Assembly: GCA_043818835.1 (NCBI GenBank) | Contig: JBDRFK010000010.1 | Span: forward strand, 9,507-73,506 | DNA from: a bacterium | GTDB taxonomy: Bacteria > Patescibacteriota > Minisyncoccia > Portnoybacterales > UBA2143 | Length of the DNA stretch: 64,000 bases | Direction of reading: 5' to 3' | Part shown: positions 31,235 to 40,847 of the stretch, piece by piece | Layout: every line of letters starts with the position of its first letter | Position numbering within the stretch: position 1 is the stretch's first letter | The notes under the pieces: model-generated | The model's database searches: none | Told to the model about the DNA's origin: nothing | The model's input: only the letters and a program-made list of their open reading frames with translations | Made by a program: the position numbers and the translations under genes

Positions 31235-32088
31235 ATAGCAAGAATATTAAAATTATACTAGCTTATATTCCAGTTATTCATAGAGGATATATAGAATTTT
31301 TGAAAAAGTATTGTTGGGATGTTAAAGATCTTTTTATTTTCGGTAAAGATTTGATTAATGAATTTGATCATTTAAAAAGAAAAGATATTCGTGCGTTACC
31401 TCCAGACGGAGTAAAAGATATTATTTCGCATATTACAGAATGTATTATTGTTCGTATTGCTGATAAATCGATTTTGTATAAAATAAACCAGAAAGGTGAT
31501 GTGACTGTAATTATGCCCGATGAAGAGGAATGTCGTGAAGTTGCAGAAAAATATCTTTCAAATTGTGAAATTGAATTTGATAATTCTATTTTTCTTCGTT
31601 GGGATAGAAAAAAAGTTCTTAAAAAGGATAAAGTAACTTGTGATAGAATAATTTCTTTTGACGGATTGGCTGCTAATGTATTATCTTTTGCCGAGAAAGA
31701 AAGCAAGAAAGCATCTAATTGGTGGCGACAAGTAGGTGCAGCAATTGTGAAAGATGGTCAAATAATTTTGTCGGCATATAATCAACACGTGCCACATCAA
31801 CGAGTTCAATGTTTTGAAGGAGATGTTCGCGGACTATTTAAACGTGGATTACACATTGATTTGTCTACTGATTTTCATGCAGAAGCGCAACTTGTCGCTA
31901 TGGCGGCAAAAGAAGGAATATCTCTAAAGAGAACTGATTTATATGTAATGACTTTTCCGTGTCCGCCTTGTGCAAAAATTGTTGCATATTCTGGTATTAA
32001 AAGGTGTTTTTTCAATTCTGGATATGCAATGCTTGATGGTGAAAGAATTTTGAAAGATCAAGGAGTAGAGATAATTTTAGTAAAATAA
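31231..32088 (+). CDS. dCMP/cytidine deaminase-fold protein with ~150 aa N-terminal extension
   Basis: C-terminal HAEAQ...PCPPCAK zinc-binding deaminase signature. Start overlaps the upstream stop (ATGA). Confidence 0.7.
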   Translation: MNSKNIKIILAYIPVIHRGYIEFLKKYCWDVKDLFIFGKDLINEFDHLKRKDIRALPPDGVKDIISHITECIIVRIADKSILYKINQKGDVTVIMPDEEECREVAEKYLSNCEIEFDNSIFLRWDRKKVLKKDKVTCDRIISFDGLAANVLSFAEKESKKASNWWRQVGAAIVKDGQIILSAYNQHVPHQRVQCFEGDVRGLFKRGLHIDLSTDFHAEAQLVAMAAKEGISLKRTDLYVMTFPCPPCAKIVAYSGIKRCFFNSGYAMLDGERILKDQGVEIILVK

Positions 32089-32092
32089 AGAA

Positions 32093-32145
32093 GACCCCAC
32101 TATTGAATTTGGCTAACCAAATCTCAAGTGGGGTCTTATTGTTTT
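32093..32145. terminator. bidirectional terminator between the deaminase gene (+) and folA (-)
   Basis: gaccccact-N25-agtggggtc followed by ttattgttttt. Confidence 0.55.
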
Positions 32146-33108
32146 TCAGTTCATTCTAAAACGAACTGTCTTATAATTAGGATGTTTCCTATTAGTAATG
32201 TCTGCACAAATAATGTGTGCATGCAGATGATTTACGGTTGCTCCATTAATTCTTATATCGCCAAAGCGTAAACCTATTGCGCCTCCTTGTAATTGATGCT
32301 CTTTTTCAATCCATTGTAGTAATTCAAATAATTCTTGGGCCGCCTCATGAGTAATGTCTGCAAGTTTTTCGGCATGTTTATTGTGGAGTAATAATAGATG
32401 TAATTTAGTGTTCTTATATGGCCATTTATTTGACCTTATATGCCAGTATTTACCTTGTTTGATAATCGGTGTAAGTTGTGATTTCTCGCAGTGTTCAGGA
32501 CAGAATGGGCAAAACTCTTCTTGTTGAATTTTTTCCATTATTTTTTTCTGGTCTTCATGTCGCGTATTATTCAGATTTACGAATGATGAAGATTTTCTTT
32601 CAAACGTTTTGAATTTATAATGATATTCATTATTCTGGTCAGCGAAATGAAAATCAGAGTATATTAGTTGCCAATTATCATCATTAATATCACCAAGCGG
32701 GAAATGTGTATCTCCTTGTTCTTCTGTACTAACTTGGGTGAGATATATTTTGGTAGCGTATGGTAATGCAAGTTTGTAAATCTCTGCTCCGCCAATAATA
32801 AATATTTCTTCATCTTTTGGTGATTTGTCAAAGGCTTTTTCTAATGACGTTGCAACTTCGCATGTATCAGGGACTGTATATTTTGAATTTCTGGTTATAA
32901 CGATAGTGTGGCGATTAGGCAGGGGTTGTCTTATGTGTTGTAGTATTGACTCATATGTTTTTCGTCCAACAATAACTGTGCGATACTTAGTCAGGAGTGC
33001 AAAACGAGCTAAATCTGCTTTAAGTTTCCATGGAATTCTATTATTCGCACCAATTAATCCATTTTTATCCACGGCAACAATAATAGAAATTCTTAGATTG
33101 GAGTGCAT
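32146..33108 (-). CDS. folA: dihydrofolate reductase fused to a C-terminal HIT (histidine triad) domain
   Basis: N-terminus ISIIVAVDKNGLIGANNRIPWKLKADLARF (DHFR). C-terminus CPFCPEHC...NHLHAHII (HIT HxHxHxx). Confidence 0.8.
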   Translation of the reverse strand: MHSNLRISIIVAVDKNGLIGANNRIPWKLKADLARFALLTKYRTVIVGRKTYESILQHIRQPLPNRHTIVITRNSKYTVPDTCEVATSLEKAFDKSPKDEEIFIIGGAEIYKLALPYATKIYLTQVSTEEQGDTHFPLGDINDDNWQLIYSDFHFADQNNEYHYKFKTFERKSSSFVNLNNTRHEDQKKIMEKIQQEEFCPFCPEHCEKSQLTPIIKQGKYWHIRSNKWPYKNTKLHLLLLHNKHAEKLADITHEAAQELFELLQWIEKEHQLQGGAIGLRFGDIRINGATVNHLHAHIICADITNRKHPNYKTVRFRMN

Positions 33109-34010
33109 ATTTTTCTCCTTGATAGTTGTGGGTTATAATCAGATACCTCAAAGTGTTTTGGGCGGAAATCAAATATATTTTCGATATCAGGATCTATTGT
33201 AACTGTCGGAAATATCTGCGGTTGTGTTTTTATCATTGTATATACGCTATCTATTTGAGACTCATAAATATGAGCATCAGATATTGTGTAAACAAGTTGT
33301 TTGGGCGTGTATCCTGTTACTTGAGCAATCATAAATGTTAATGCAGCATATTGAATGAAGTTAAAAACAACTCCAACAGGAACATCTGCACTCCGCTGGA
33401 AATGATGAAGCGATAATTCTCTGGTCTTGGTATTAACAAAAACATGGAACCAGCCATGGCAGGGGACGACAATAACTTTTTGTTGTTTGTTTTTTCCTCG
33501 TCCGATATATTGAGGTATCCATGGAGTGACGATATGTGTCCTTAAGTGAGGAAGTTCTTTGATTTGTTCTATAATGTGCGCGATCTGATCAAACGGCCTA
33601 CCTTCGGACGTGGGAAAACTTCGCCATGCTGGACCATATGAGCCGGGTCCTAAATCTCCGGTCTTGAGTCCTCGTTTAGCACACTTTTTTTCAGTGACCC
33701 ATTCTTTCCACCAACCGCATCCAAACTTTTTCATTTCATCTAATGTTCTGGCTCCATTTAGGAAAGCGCATAGTTCTCCGAGGGCCATTTGGAATTGCGA
33801 TAATTTTCCTTCAGGTGCACCAACTAAATCTCTCTCAGTGATGATTGGAAATCCATTTTTTAAATCAAAATGCATTTGATGACCTAAAATCATTAAAGCA
33901 TCCTCGTCTGGTTGAGAATAGACTATTTCATTACTGTTTATAATTTTGCGTAATAATATGCGGTAATGAGAATCTATATTTCTTGTAGCTGCTGATTTAT
34001 ATTTGAACAT
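33093..34010 (-). CDS. thyA: thymidylate synthase (ThyA family)
   Basis: DLGPGSYGPAWR, VVPCHGWFHVF (catalytic Cys), QRSADVPVGVVFNF (Asn retained, so dUMP-type). Confidence 0.85.
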   Translation of the reverse strand: MFKYKSAATRNIDSHYRILLRKIINSNEIVYSQPDEDALMILGHQMHFDLKNGFPIITERDLVGAPEGKLSQFQMALGELCAFLNGARTLDEMKKFGCGWWKEWVTEKKCAKRGLKTGDLGPGSYGPAWRSFPTSEGRPFDQIAHIIEQIKELPHLRTHIVTPWIPQYIGRGKNKQQKVIVVPCHGWFHVFVNTKTRELSLHHFQRSADVPVGVVFNFIQYAALTFMIAQVTGYTPKQLVYTISDAHIYESQIDSVYTMIKTQPQIFPTVTIDPDIENIFDFRPKHFEVSDYNPQLSRRKICTPI

Positions 34011-34147
34011 ATGGCGTTTCTCCTTATAAAAGGTTGATCAAAATTTGTTAATGAGCTTAATGACAACATAGTTAAATAATAGTGTTTTAGTCTATTTTGT
34101 CAACCACGGGCTTTATTTTTTTATCAATTTGGGGTATTATAACTTTA

Positions 34148-35395
34148 ATGAAAAATATACTCAAAACAACTGATGTAGAAATATATAAGGCAATTACTGG
34201 CGAGGAGAATCGACAAAAGCGTGGTGTAGAATTGATTCCTTCGGAAAATTATACCTATCCAGAAGTTTTAGAAGCTAATGGGTCTATTTTAACTAATAAG
34301 TATTCGGAAGGATATCCGGGTAAAAGGTATTATGGAGGACAGGAGTTTGTGGATATTATTGAAAGATTGGCTATAGAAAGAGCAAAACAATTATTTCGAT
34401 GCGAACATGCTAATGTTCAGTCGCTTTCTGGTTCGGCAATGAACCAAGCAGTCTATTTGGCTTTCTTAAAAACGGGCGATACAATAATGGGGATGGATTT
34501 ATCGCATGGCGGACATTTGACTCATGGTGCGTCTGTTTCTCATATGGGAAAAATTTTTAATTTTGTTCGCTATAAAACAGATAAAGATGGCAAGATAGAT
34601 TTTGATAATTTATTAAAAATTGCCAAAGAAACAAAACCAAAAATTATTTTATGTGGTTATACATCTTATCCTCGTGATTATAATTATGCTGAATTCAAAA
34701 AAATCACTGATGAAGTTGGGGCGATTACTGTGGCTGATGTGTCGCATATTGGCGGTTTAATTGCAGGTGGCGTAATGAACAACCCTTTTGATTATGGTTT
34801 TGATATTGTAACCACAACAACACATAAAACTTTGCGTGGACCACGTGCGGGATTGATTTTATGCAAAAAAGAATTTGCTGAGATAATTGATAAATCAGTT
34901 TTTCCTGGTTTGCAGGGTGGGCCACATATGCAGACTATTGCTGCCGCGGCCGTGGCGTTTAAAAAAGCATTAGAACCAGAGTTTAAAAATTACGCTAAGC
35001 AAGTTTTGAAAAATTCTAAAACTTTGGCGCAAGTATTTTTGGATAATGATGTGAAGTTAATCACCGGCGGAACGGATAATCATATGATGGTTATTGATAC
35101 AATTCAAAGTTTTGGAATTGATGGTAAAATTGCCGAGGAAACCTTAGACGAAGTCTCAATAACAGTTAATAAGCAAATTATTCCTGACGATTCTAATCCT
35201 GCGATGCGACCAAGTGGCATTCGTCTTGGGACACCAGCGGCAACAACGCGTGGTATGAGAGAAAAAGAAATGGAAAAACTTGGAGAGTGGATAGTGCAGG
35301 CTTTAAAAAATTATCAAAATGGAGAAATTCTGAACCACATTAAAAAAGAAGTTGAAAAAATGTGTTTAAAATTTAAAGTACCGGGAATAAATTAG
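34148..35395 (+). CDS. glyA: serine hydroxymethyltransferase
   Basis: ELIPSENYT and a PLP-lysine region TTTTHKTLRGPRAG. Start taken at MKNILKT. Confidence 0.9.
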   Translation: MKNILKTTDVEIYKAITGEENRQKRGVELIPSENYTYPEVLEANGSILTNKYSEGYPGKRYYGGQEFVDIIERLAIERAKQLFRCEHANVQSLSGSAMNQAVYLAFLKTGDTIMGMDLSHGGHLTHGASVSHMGKIFNFVRYKTDKDGKIDFDNLLKIAKETKPKIILCGYTSYPRDYNYAEFKKITDEVGAITVADVSHIGGLIAGGVMNNPFDYGFDIVTTTTHKTLRGPRAGLILCKKEFAEIIDKSVFPGLQGGPHMQTIAAAAVAFKKALEPEFKNYAKQVLKNSKTLAQVFLDNDVKLITGGTDNHMMVIDTIQSFGIDGKIAEETLDEVSITVNKQIIPDDSNPAMRPSGIRLGTPAATTRGMREKEMEKLGEWIVQALKNYQNGEILNHIKKEVEKMCLKFKVPGIN

Positions 35396-35396
35396 C

Positions 35397-35477
35397 GTCA
35401 TTCCGAGCGAAGCGAGGAATCTCATTAAGCTGGTTATTGTACAGTATGAGATTTCTCGCTTACGGATTGAAATGACA
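35397..35477. repeat. palindromic mini-element copy D (CGTCATTCCGAGCGAAGCGAGGAATC...GAAATGACA)
   Basis: 81 bp filling the glyA-folD spacer. Confidence 0.8.
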
Positions 35478-35487
35478 ATAAGCGTTA

Positions 35488-36351
35488 ATGAAAATAATTG
35501 ATGGTAAAAAAATAGCAGATGAAATACTACTTGGCGTAAAAGAAAAAACCAAAGAAAAAAATCTGAAATTGGGTTTGGCTACTATTTTAATAGGCGATGA
35601 TTCTGCCTCGCATCTGTACGTATCATTAAAAGAAAAAGCAGCAAAGGAAATTGGTGTCGGTTTTAAAAAATATATTTTTTCAAATAATGTTGAAGAAAAA
35701 AGAATTATAGATTTAATTATAGAATTAAATATAGATAAGTCGGTAAATGGAATTTTAATTCAAATGCCTTTGCCAAATAATTTAGATGCGGATAAATTAA
35801 TATCTGCGATTGATTTCAAAAAAGATATAGATGGATTATCATCAAATAGCGATTTTGATTCACCATTTATTTTGGCTATTTGGGAAGCGTTGAAAAACAC
35901 AAAAGAAGATTTAAAAAATAAAAAAATATTCGCTTTAGTAAATTCTGGAATTTTTGGAGAAAAGCTCAAAGATTTTTTTAAAACTAAAAAATTGAGTTTG
36001 CGATATAGTGTTATTCCCGCTATACATCAAAGTACAGGACAGGCTTTCGCGAGAATCTGCAGTCTGGATTCCCGCTTTTCCGCCAGAGGGCGGACACGGC
36101 TTGAGAATGACATTACGAGAGAGGATGTCTTAATTACGGCATTGGGCTGTAAAAATTGCATTAAGAGTGATATGATTAAAAAAGGCGTGATTTTGATTGA
36201 CGGTGGTATTTCAAAATTTGATGAAAAAGTTGTCGGTGATGTAGACGCCAATAGCGTTACTCAAAAAGCCGGATGGCTGACACCAGTACCTGGAGGAGTA
36301 GGGCCGATAACTATAGCTATGCTTCTCAAAAACATTACTAAAGATTTATAA
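35488..36351 (+). CDS. folD: methylenetetrahydrofolate dehydrogenase/cyclohydrolase, carrying an in-frame ~30 aa insertion from a palindromic element (36030-36120)
   Basis: FolD-like overall. QSTGQAFARICSLDSRFSARGRTRLENDIT has no counterpart in FolD and is encoded by ...gattcccgcttttccgccagagggcggaca...gagaatgaca. Confidence 0.85.
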   Translation: MKIIDGKKIADEILLGVKEKTKEKNLKLGLATILIGDDSASHLYVSLKEKAAKEIGVGFKKYIFSNNVEEKRIIDLIIELNIDKSVNGILIQMPLPNNLDADKLISAIDFKKDIDGLSSNSDFDSPFILAIWEALKNTKEDLKNKKIFALVNSGIFGEKLKDFFKTKKLSLRYSVIPAIHQSTGQAFARICSLDSRFSARGRTRLENDITREDVLITALGCKNCIKSDMIKKGVILIDGGISKFDEKVVGDVDANSVTQKAGWLTPVPGGVGPITIAMLLKNITKDL

Positions 36352-36359
36352 TTAACACT

Positions 36360-36387
36360 CAAGGTCCGCCTTCAAGGTCGGACCTTG
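36360..36387. other. hairpin caaggtccg-N10-cggaccttg after folD, followed by an 11-bp direct repeat (gaccttgataa x2)
   Basis: Read directly; no T-run. Confidence 0.3.
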
Positions 36388-36412
36388 ATAAGACCTTGAT
36401 AACATAAAGAGT

Positions 36413-37930
36413 ATGGAATATATACCAACAATAGGATTAGAGATTCATTCAGAATTAAAGACAAAAAGTAAAATGTTTTGTCGGTCTTTGAATAATTCAG
36501 ATGAATCAAAACCAAATACTAATGTTTGTCCTGTTTGTATGGGACATCCAGGGACTTTACCTGTGGCCAATAAGCGAGCAATTAATTTGGTTATTAAGAC
36601 TGGCTTGGCCTTGAATTGTAAGATTAATAAGTTGTCCAAGTTTGATCGCAAAAATTATTTTTATCCAGATTTACCAAAAGGGTATCAAATTTCACAGTAT
36701 GATAAGCCACTGTGTTTTGAGGGATATTTAAATATTATTTCTCCTGTTCTGCGAGATTCTTCGGTCGCTCCACTTCCTCAGAATGACAAATTGAGAAAAA
36801 TACGAATTACTCGCATTCATTTAGAAGAAGATACAGGCAAATTAACTCATCCAAAGGGAGCTGATTATTCATTGGTGGATTATAATCGGGCGGGTGTGCC
36901 ATTGATGGAATTGGTAACTGAACCAGATATTACCTCGGGTAAAGAGGCTCGCGTATTTTGCGAAGAGTTGCAACTTATTTTACGTTATTTAAATGTTTCA
37001 GATGCAAATATGGAAAAGGGACAAATGAGATGTGAAGTTAATATTTCTATGGCGCCTGAAGGAATGCGCGGAACAAAGGTGGAGATTAAAAATTTAAATT
37101 CTTTTAGGGTCGTTGAAAAATCTATTGATTATGAGATTAAAAGGCAGATAGAAATATTAAATGATAGTAAAAAAATTATTCAAGAAACAAGGGGTTGGGA
37201 TGATAATAAACAAATAACTTTTTCACAGAGAATAAAAGAAGGAGCTAAGGATTATCGTTATTTTCCAGATCCTGATTTACCGACTTTAAGCATTAGTCAG
37301 GATGAAATAGATAATCTTAAAAGAGATATTACAGAATTACCACAATCACGACGTGAAAGATTTTTACAAGAATACAAAATACCCGAACAAGATATCAAAG
37401 TTTTGGTATCTAATAAATATTTGGCTAACTTTTTTGAACAGGCTGTTTCAGAATTAAAAACTTGGTTGAAAATAAAGAAGGTTGATATTTTGCCAACTGA
37501 CGGACAATCATTAATCAAGTTAACTGCTAATTACATTTTGACCGAATTGCAAAAATTATTATTAGTTTCAAAAAAAGGAATGGATGATTGTCGTGTTAGT
37601 CCAGAAAATTTTGCTGAGTTTATTACCTTAATAAAACAGGGAGAAATCTCTAGTTCTGCTGCGCAAGCTGTTTTAAAAGAAATGTTTGAAACGGGAGCTG
37701 ACCCATCACATATTATTGAAGAAAAAGGATTAAAACAAGTTAGTGATCAAGGAGCATTAGAAACAATTGTTGATCAAGTTATAAAAGACAATCCAGATTC
37801 TGTTAAAGATTTTAAGTCGGGGAAAGAAAATGCTTTACAGTTTTTAATTGGTAGAACCATGGCTGTTAGTAAGGGACAGGCTAATCCTCAGGTGGTTGGC
37901 GAGATTTTAAGAAAGAAATTGACTGACTAA
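36413..37930 (+). CDS. gatB: Asp/Glu-tRNA amidotransferase subunit B, carrying an in-frame half-element at 36745-36788
   Basis: GatB N-terminus (IGLEIHSELKTKSKMFC) and RIHLEEDTGK motif. Inserted segment ctgcgagattcttcggtcgctccacttcctcagaatgaca is near-identical to the right half of copy C. Confidence 0.9.
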   Translation: MEYIPTIGLEIHSELKTKSKMFCRSLNNSDESKPNTNVCPVCMGHPGTLPVANKRAINLVIKTGLALNCKINKLSKFDRKNYFYPDLPKGYQISQYDKPLCFEGYLNIISPVLRDSSVAPLPQNDKLRKIRITRIHLEEDTGKLTHPKGADYSLVDYNRAGVPLMELVTEPDITSGKEARVFCEELQLILRYLNVSDANMEKGQMRCEVNISMAPEGMRGTKVEIKNLNSFRVVEKSIDYEIKRQIEILNDSKKIIQETRGWDDNKQITFSQRIKEGAKDYRYFPDPDLPTLSISQDEIDNLKRDITELPQSRRERFLQEYKIPEQDIKVLVSNKYLANFFEQAVSELKTWLKIKKVDILPTDGQSLIKLTANYILTELQKLLLVSKKGMDDCRVSPENFAEFITLIKQGEISSSAAQAVLKEMFETGADPSHIIEEKGLKQVSDQGALETIVDQVIKDNPDSVKDFKSGKENALQFLIGRTMAVSKGQANPQVVGEILRKKLTD

Positions 37931-38794
37931 TTTTTCTGCTTCTTTGTAATCTTTTACCCATTTTATTCTTTTATCTCTTTTGAACCATGTTATTTGCCTT
38001 TTGGCGTATTGACGGGTATGTGATTTAATTTGCTCTATGTTTAACTCCGGAGTTAAACATAGAGTTATTTCCTTATAACCAATACCACTCATAGAAGGCA
38101 GGGTAGATGAATATTTTTTAAGTAAATTTCTTACTTCAGTAATTAAACCATCTTTAATCATTTTATCAACCCTCTTATCAATTCTTTGATCGAGAGTTTT
38201 TTTGTCTATTTTTAATCCAATTTGTAAAACATCAAAAAGTGGTTTACCTGTTCTTTTTTGTTCCGAAAAGGGTTTGCCAGTAGTAAGGCAAACTTCTAAG
38301 GCGCGAATTAGTCGTCGTTTATTATGAATATCAATTTTTTTGATAACGGCTGGGTCTAATTTTCTTAGCATTTTTAATAGTTCTATCAAATCTAACATTT
38401 CTAACTTTTTACGTAATTTGTGATTTGGTTTGACTTCTGGAATTTCTAAATTATCAACAATTGCTTGTATATATAATCCTGTTCCGCCTACAAGAAATGG
38501 TACTTTATTTCTTTGCTGTATATCTTTGATTTTTGAGATGGCCAGTTTCTTATATTGATTTAAGGCAAAATCTTGATTTGGATTTATAATATCAATTAAA
38601 TGATGAGTTATTTTTTGTTGTTCTTGTTTTGTTGGTTTGGCTGTGCCAATATTCATTTCTTTGTAAATTTGTCGTGAATCAGCGGAGACTATTTCACCTT
38701 CACTTTTGGCTGAAAACTGCTTAGCTAACTTTATCGCTAAACTCGTTTTTCCTGATGCGGTTGGACCTAAAATGACAATTAATTTGTTATCCAT
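37907..38794 (-). CDS. miaA: tRNA dimethylallyltransferase
   Basis: P-loop ILGPTASGKTSLAIKLA and IPT fold. Confidence 0.9.
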   Translation of the reverse strand: MDNKLIVILGPTASGKTSLAIKLAKQFSAKSEGEIVSADSRQIYKEMNIGTAKPTKQEQQKITHHLIDIINPNQDFALNQYKKLAISKIKDIQQRNKVPFLVGGTGLYIQAIVDNLEIPEVKPNHKLRKKLEMLDLIELLKMLRKLDPAVIKKIDIHNKRRLIRALEVCLTTGKPFSEQKRTGKPLFDVLQIGLKIDKKTLDQRIDKRVDKMIKDGLITEVRNLLKKYSSTLPSMSGIGYKEITLCLTPELNIEQIKSHTRQYAKRQITWFKRDKRIKWVKDYKEAEKLVSQFLS

Positions 38795-38971
38795 ATTGAC
38801 ACAGATTTAGAAATTATACATAATCTATATTAGACGTTCTGGTTCTTTTTTCATGGGGATGGACTGTGAGGCATAATAAACAATAATCAATCTGCCGAAT
38901 ATTGAAGATATATGGTATGCCTCACAGTTCTCCTTAGATGCATAAAAAATGCGTAAAAAGCCTCTTAAAAA

Positions 38972-40027
38972 TTAGGAGCGCTTTTTAATTTTATTTAATA
39001 TTATGGTTTTTCTTCTCTTTTTTTCGTGTGACGAAATATTATCTTTAAATTTTGATGCGACAGATTCTGGTCGTGGGGAATAACAAGCAGTATATATTTG
39101 AGTAAATTTCATCTCGTCTATTATTTTGATTGTGTTGTTGAATTGACTTTCAGTTTCTCCTGGAAAGCCGACAATAATATCTGTAGAAAATTTAGCTTCA
39201 GGTATTTTTTTAATTATCCTCTTTATCAAATTCTTATATTGATTAACTGTATAGCCTCGATTCATTTCTCTTAGAATTATATTATCGCCCGATTGAAGTG
39301 GTAAATGCAATTCTTTTGATATTTTTTCTTCTTGAGCAATGACATTAATCAGTTCATTAGACATATCTTTCGGGTGAGAAGTTAAGAATTTTATATTAAA
39401 GTTGCCGGGGATTTGACAGATTTTTTGTAGAAGCTCGGGAAAATATGTGTATTCTGATTTTGACTGGATTCTCGCTTTCGCGGGAATGGCAGAATGGGAT
39501 GCGGGAATGGCAGAGGAGAAATTATAACTATTCACATTTTGACCTAATAAAATTATTTCCGTATATTCTCTTTCTATCAAATATTTAACTTCTTCTAAAA
39601 TATCTTTTGTTGGCCTAGAAATTTCTCGATCACGAGTGTAGGGGACGGCGCAGTATGTGCAGAAATTGTTACAACCGTTCATTATCGGTAGATAGGCATG
39701 TTGTTGTGATTTATGTTTTGGTCTAAATTTAAAATCGATTATTGGCCATATTTCATCTACTTGCAATACTAATTGCTTTCTATCTTTATCTAGGAGACAT
39801 CCTGTCAAAATTATTTTCGTGTTTTTATTGATTTCTCTAATTTTTTCAATTTTGCTGTAAACTCGGTTAACAGCAGATTGTCTTACGGAGCACATATTAA
39901 TTATTATCAAATCAGCCTGTTCTGGTGTAGAAACAGGTATATATCCTTGATGTTCCAATTTTGTTGATAGTCTTTCGCTGTCAGATTCGTTCATTTGACA
40001 GCCATAAGTAATTATGTGGTAATGCAT
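38972..40027 (-). CDS. miaB: radical-SAM methylthiotransferase (MiaB/RimO family), with an in-frame element-derived segment at ~39466-39528
   Basis: UPF0004 N-domain (YGCQMNESDSE) and radical SAM CNNFCTYC. Inserted SAIPASHSAIPAKARIQ is encoded by gcgggaatggcagaatgggatgcgggaatggcag. Confidence 0.8.
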   Translation of the reverse strand: MHYHIITYGCQMNESDSERLSTKLEHQGYIPVSTPEQADLIIINMCSVRQSAVNRVYSKIEKIREINKNTKIILTGCLLDKDRKQLVLQVDEIWPIIDFKFRPKHKSQQHAYLPIMNGCNNFCTYCAVPYTRDREISRPTKDILEEVKYLIEREYTEIILLGQNVNSYNFSSAIPASHSAIPAKARIQSKSEYTYFPELLQKICQIPGNFNIKFLTSHPKDMSNELINVIAQEEKISKELHLPLQSGDNIILREMNRGYTVNQYKNLIKRIIKKIPEAKFSTDIIVGFPGETESQFNNTIKIIDEMKFTQIYTACYSPRPESVASKFKDNISSHEKKRRKTIILNKIKKRS

Positions 40028-40073
40028 AATTTAAGACTATCAGAATGGCAACTATTGGGCAATAGGATAAAAT

Positions 40074-40847
40074 ATGATATATTATATTTATATGGAACAA
40101 ATTTATTTATCAGTAATTATACCCGCATATAAAGAAGAAAAAAATATTAGTAGTACGCTTTTGGCTATTGATAAGTATTTATCAAAACAGAAGTATGCTT
40201 ATGAAATCATTGTCGTTAATGATGGTTCTAAAGATAAGACTGCAGCGATAGTGAATAAATTTAAGGATTTGGTTAAAAATCTCAGTTTAATTGATAATCC
40301 TGAGAATCATGGCAAGGGTTATGTTGTTCGACAGGGAATGTTATCAGCAAAAGGTGAATATCGTTTGTTTACTGATGCTGATAATTCTACTTCTATTGAA
40401 CATCTGGATAAGGTTTGGCTACATTTTGAGAAAGGCGCAGATTTGGTTATTGGTACACGAGATAAAAAAGATGCTGCTGGAGCAGGGCAGGCTGTGCCAC
40501 AATCATTTTTAAAAAGGTTGTTAGGCAATATGGGTAATGTTTTGATTCAGGTTTTGGCTGTTTGGGGGATTTGGGATACGCAATGTGGTTTTAAGGCTAT
40601 GACTGCGGAAGCGACAGAAGATATTTTTAGCCGAGCTATAATAGATCGTTGGGGATTTGATATTGAGATGTTGGCATTAGCAAAGAGATTAAAATACAAA
40701 ATAGCAATAATTCCGACTTATTGGGTTAATCGCGCGGAGAGTAGAGTTACCTTAGGGGGTTATTTAAAAACATTTAGTGAATTATTTAAAATAAAATGGA
40801 ATTTGATAAACGGTAAATATCATTTAAACAATAGAAAAGATGCCTAA
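40074..40847 (+). CDS. family 2 glycosyltransferase (polyprenol-phosphate sugar synthase-like)
   Basis: SVIIPAYKEEKNI...VVNDGSKDKT and a DxD motif. Confidence 0.8.
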   Translation: MIYYIYMEQIYLSVIIPAYKEEKNISSTLLAIDKYLSKQKYAYEIIVVNDGSKDKTAAIVNKFKDLVKNLSLIDNPENHGKGYVVRQGMLSAKGEYRLFTDADNSTSIEHLDKVWLHFEKGADLVIGTRDKKDAAGAGQAVPQSFLKRLLGNMGNVLIQVLAVWGIWDTQCGFKAMTAEATEDIFSRAIIDRWGFDIEMLALAKRLKYKIAIIPTYWVNRAESRVTLGGYLKTFSELFKIKWNLINGKYHLNNRKDA

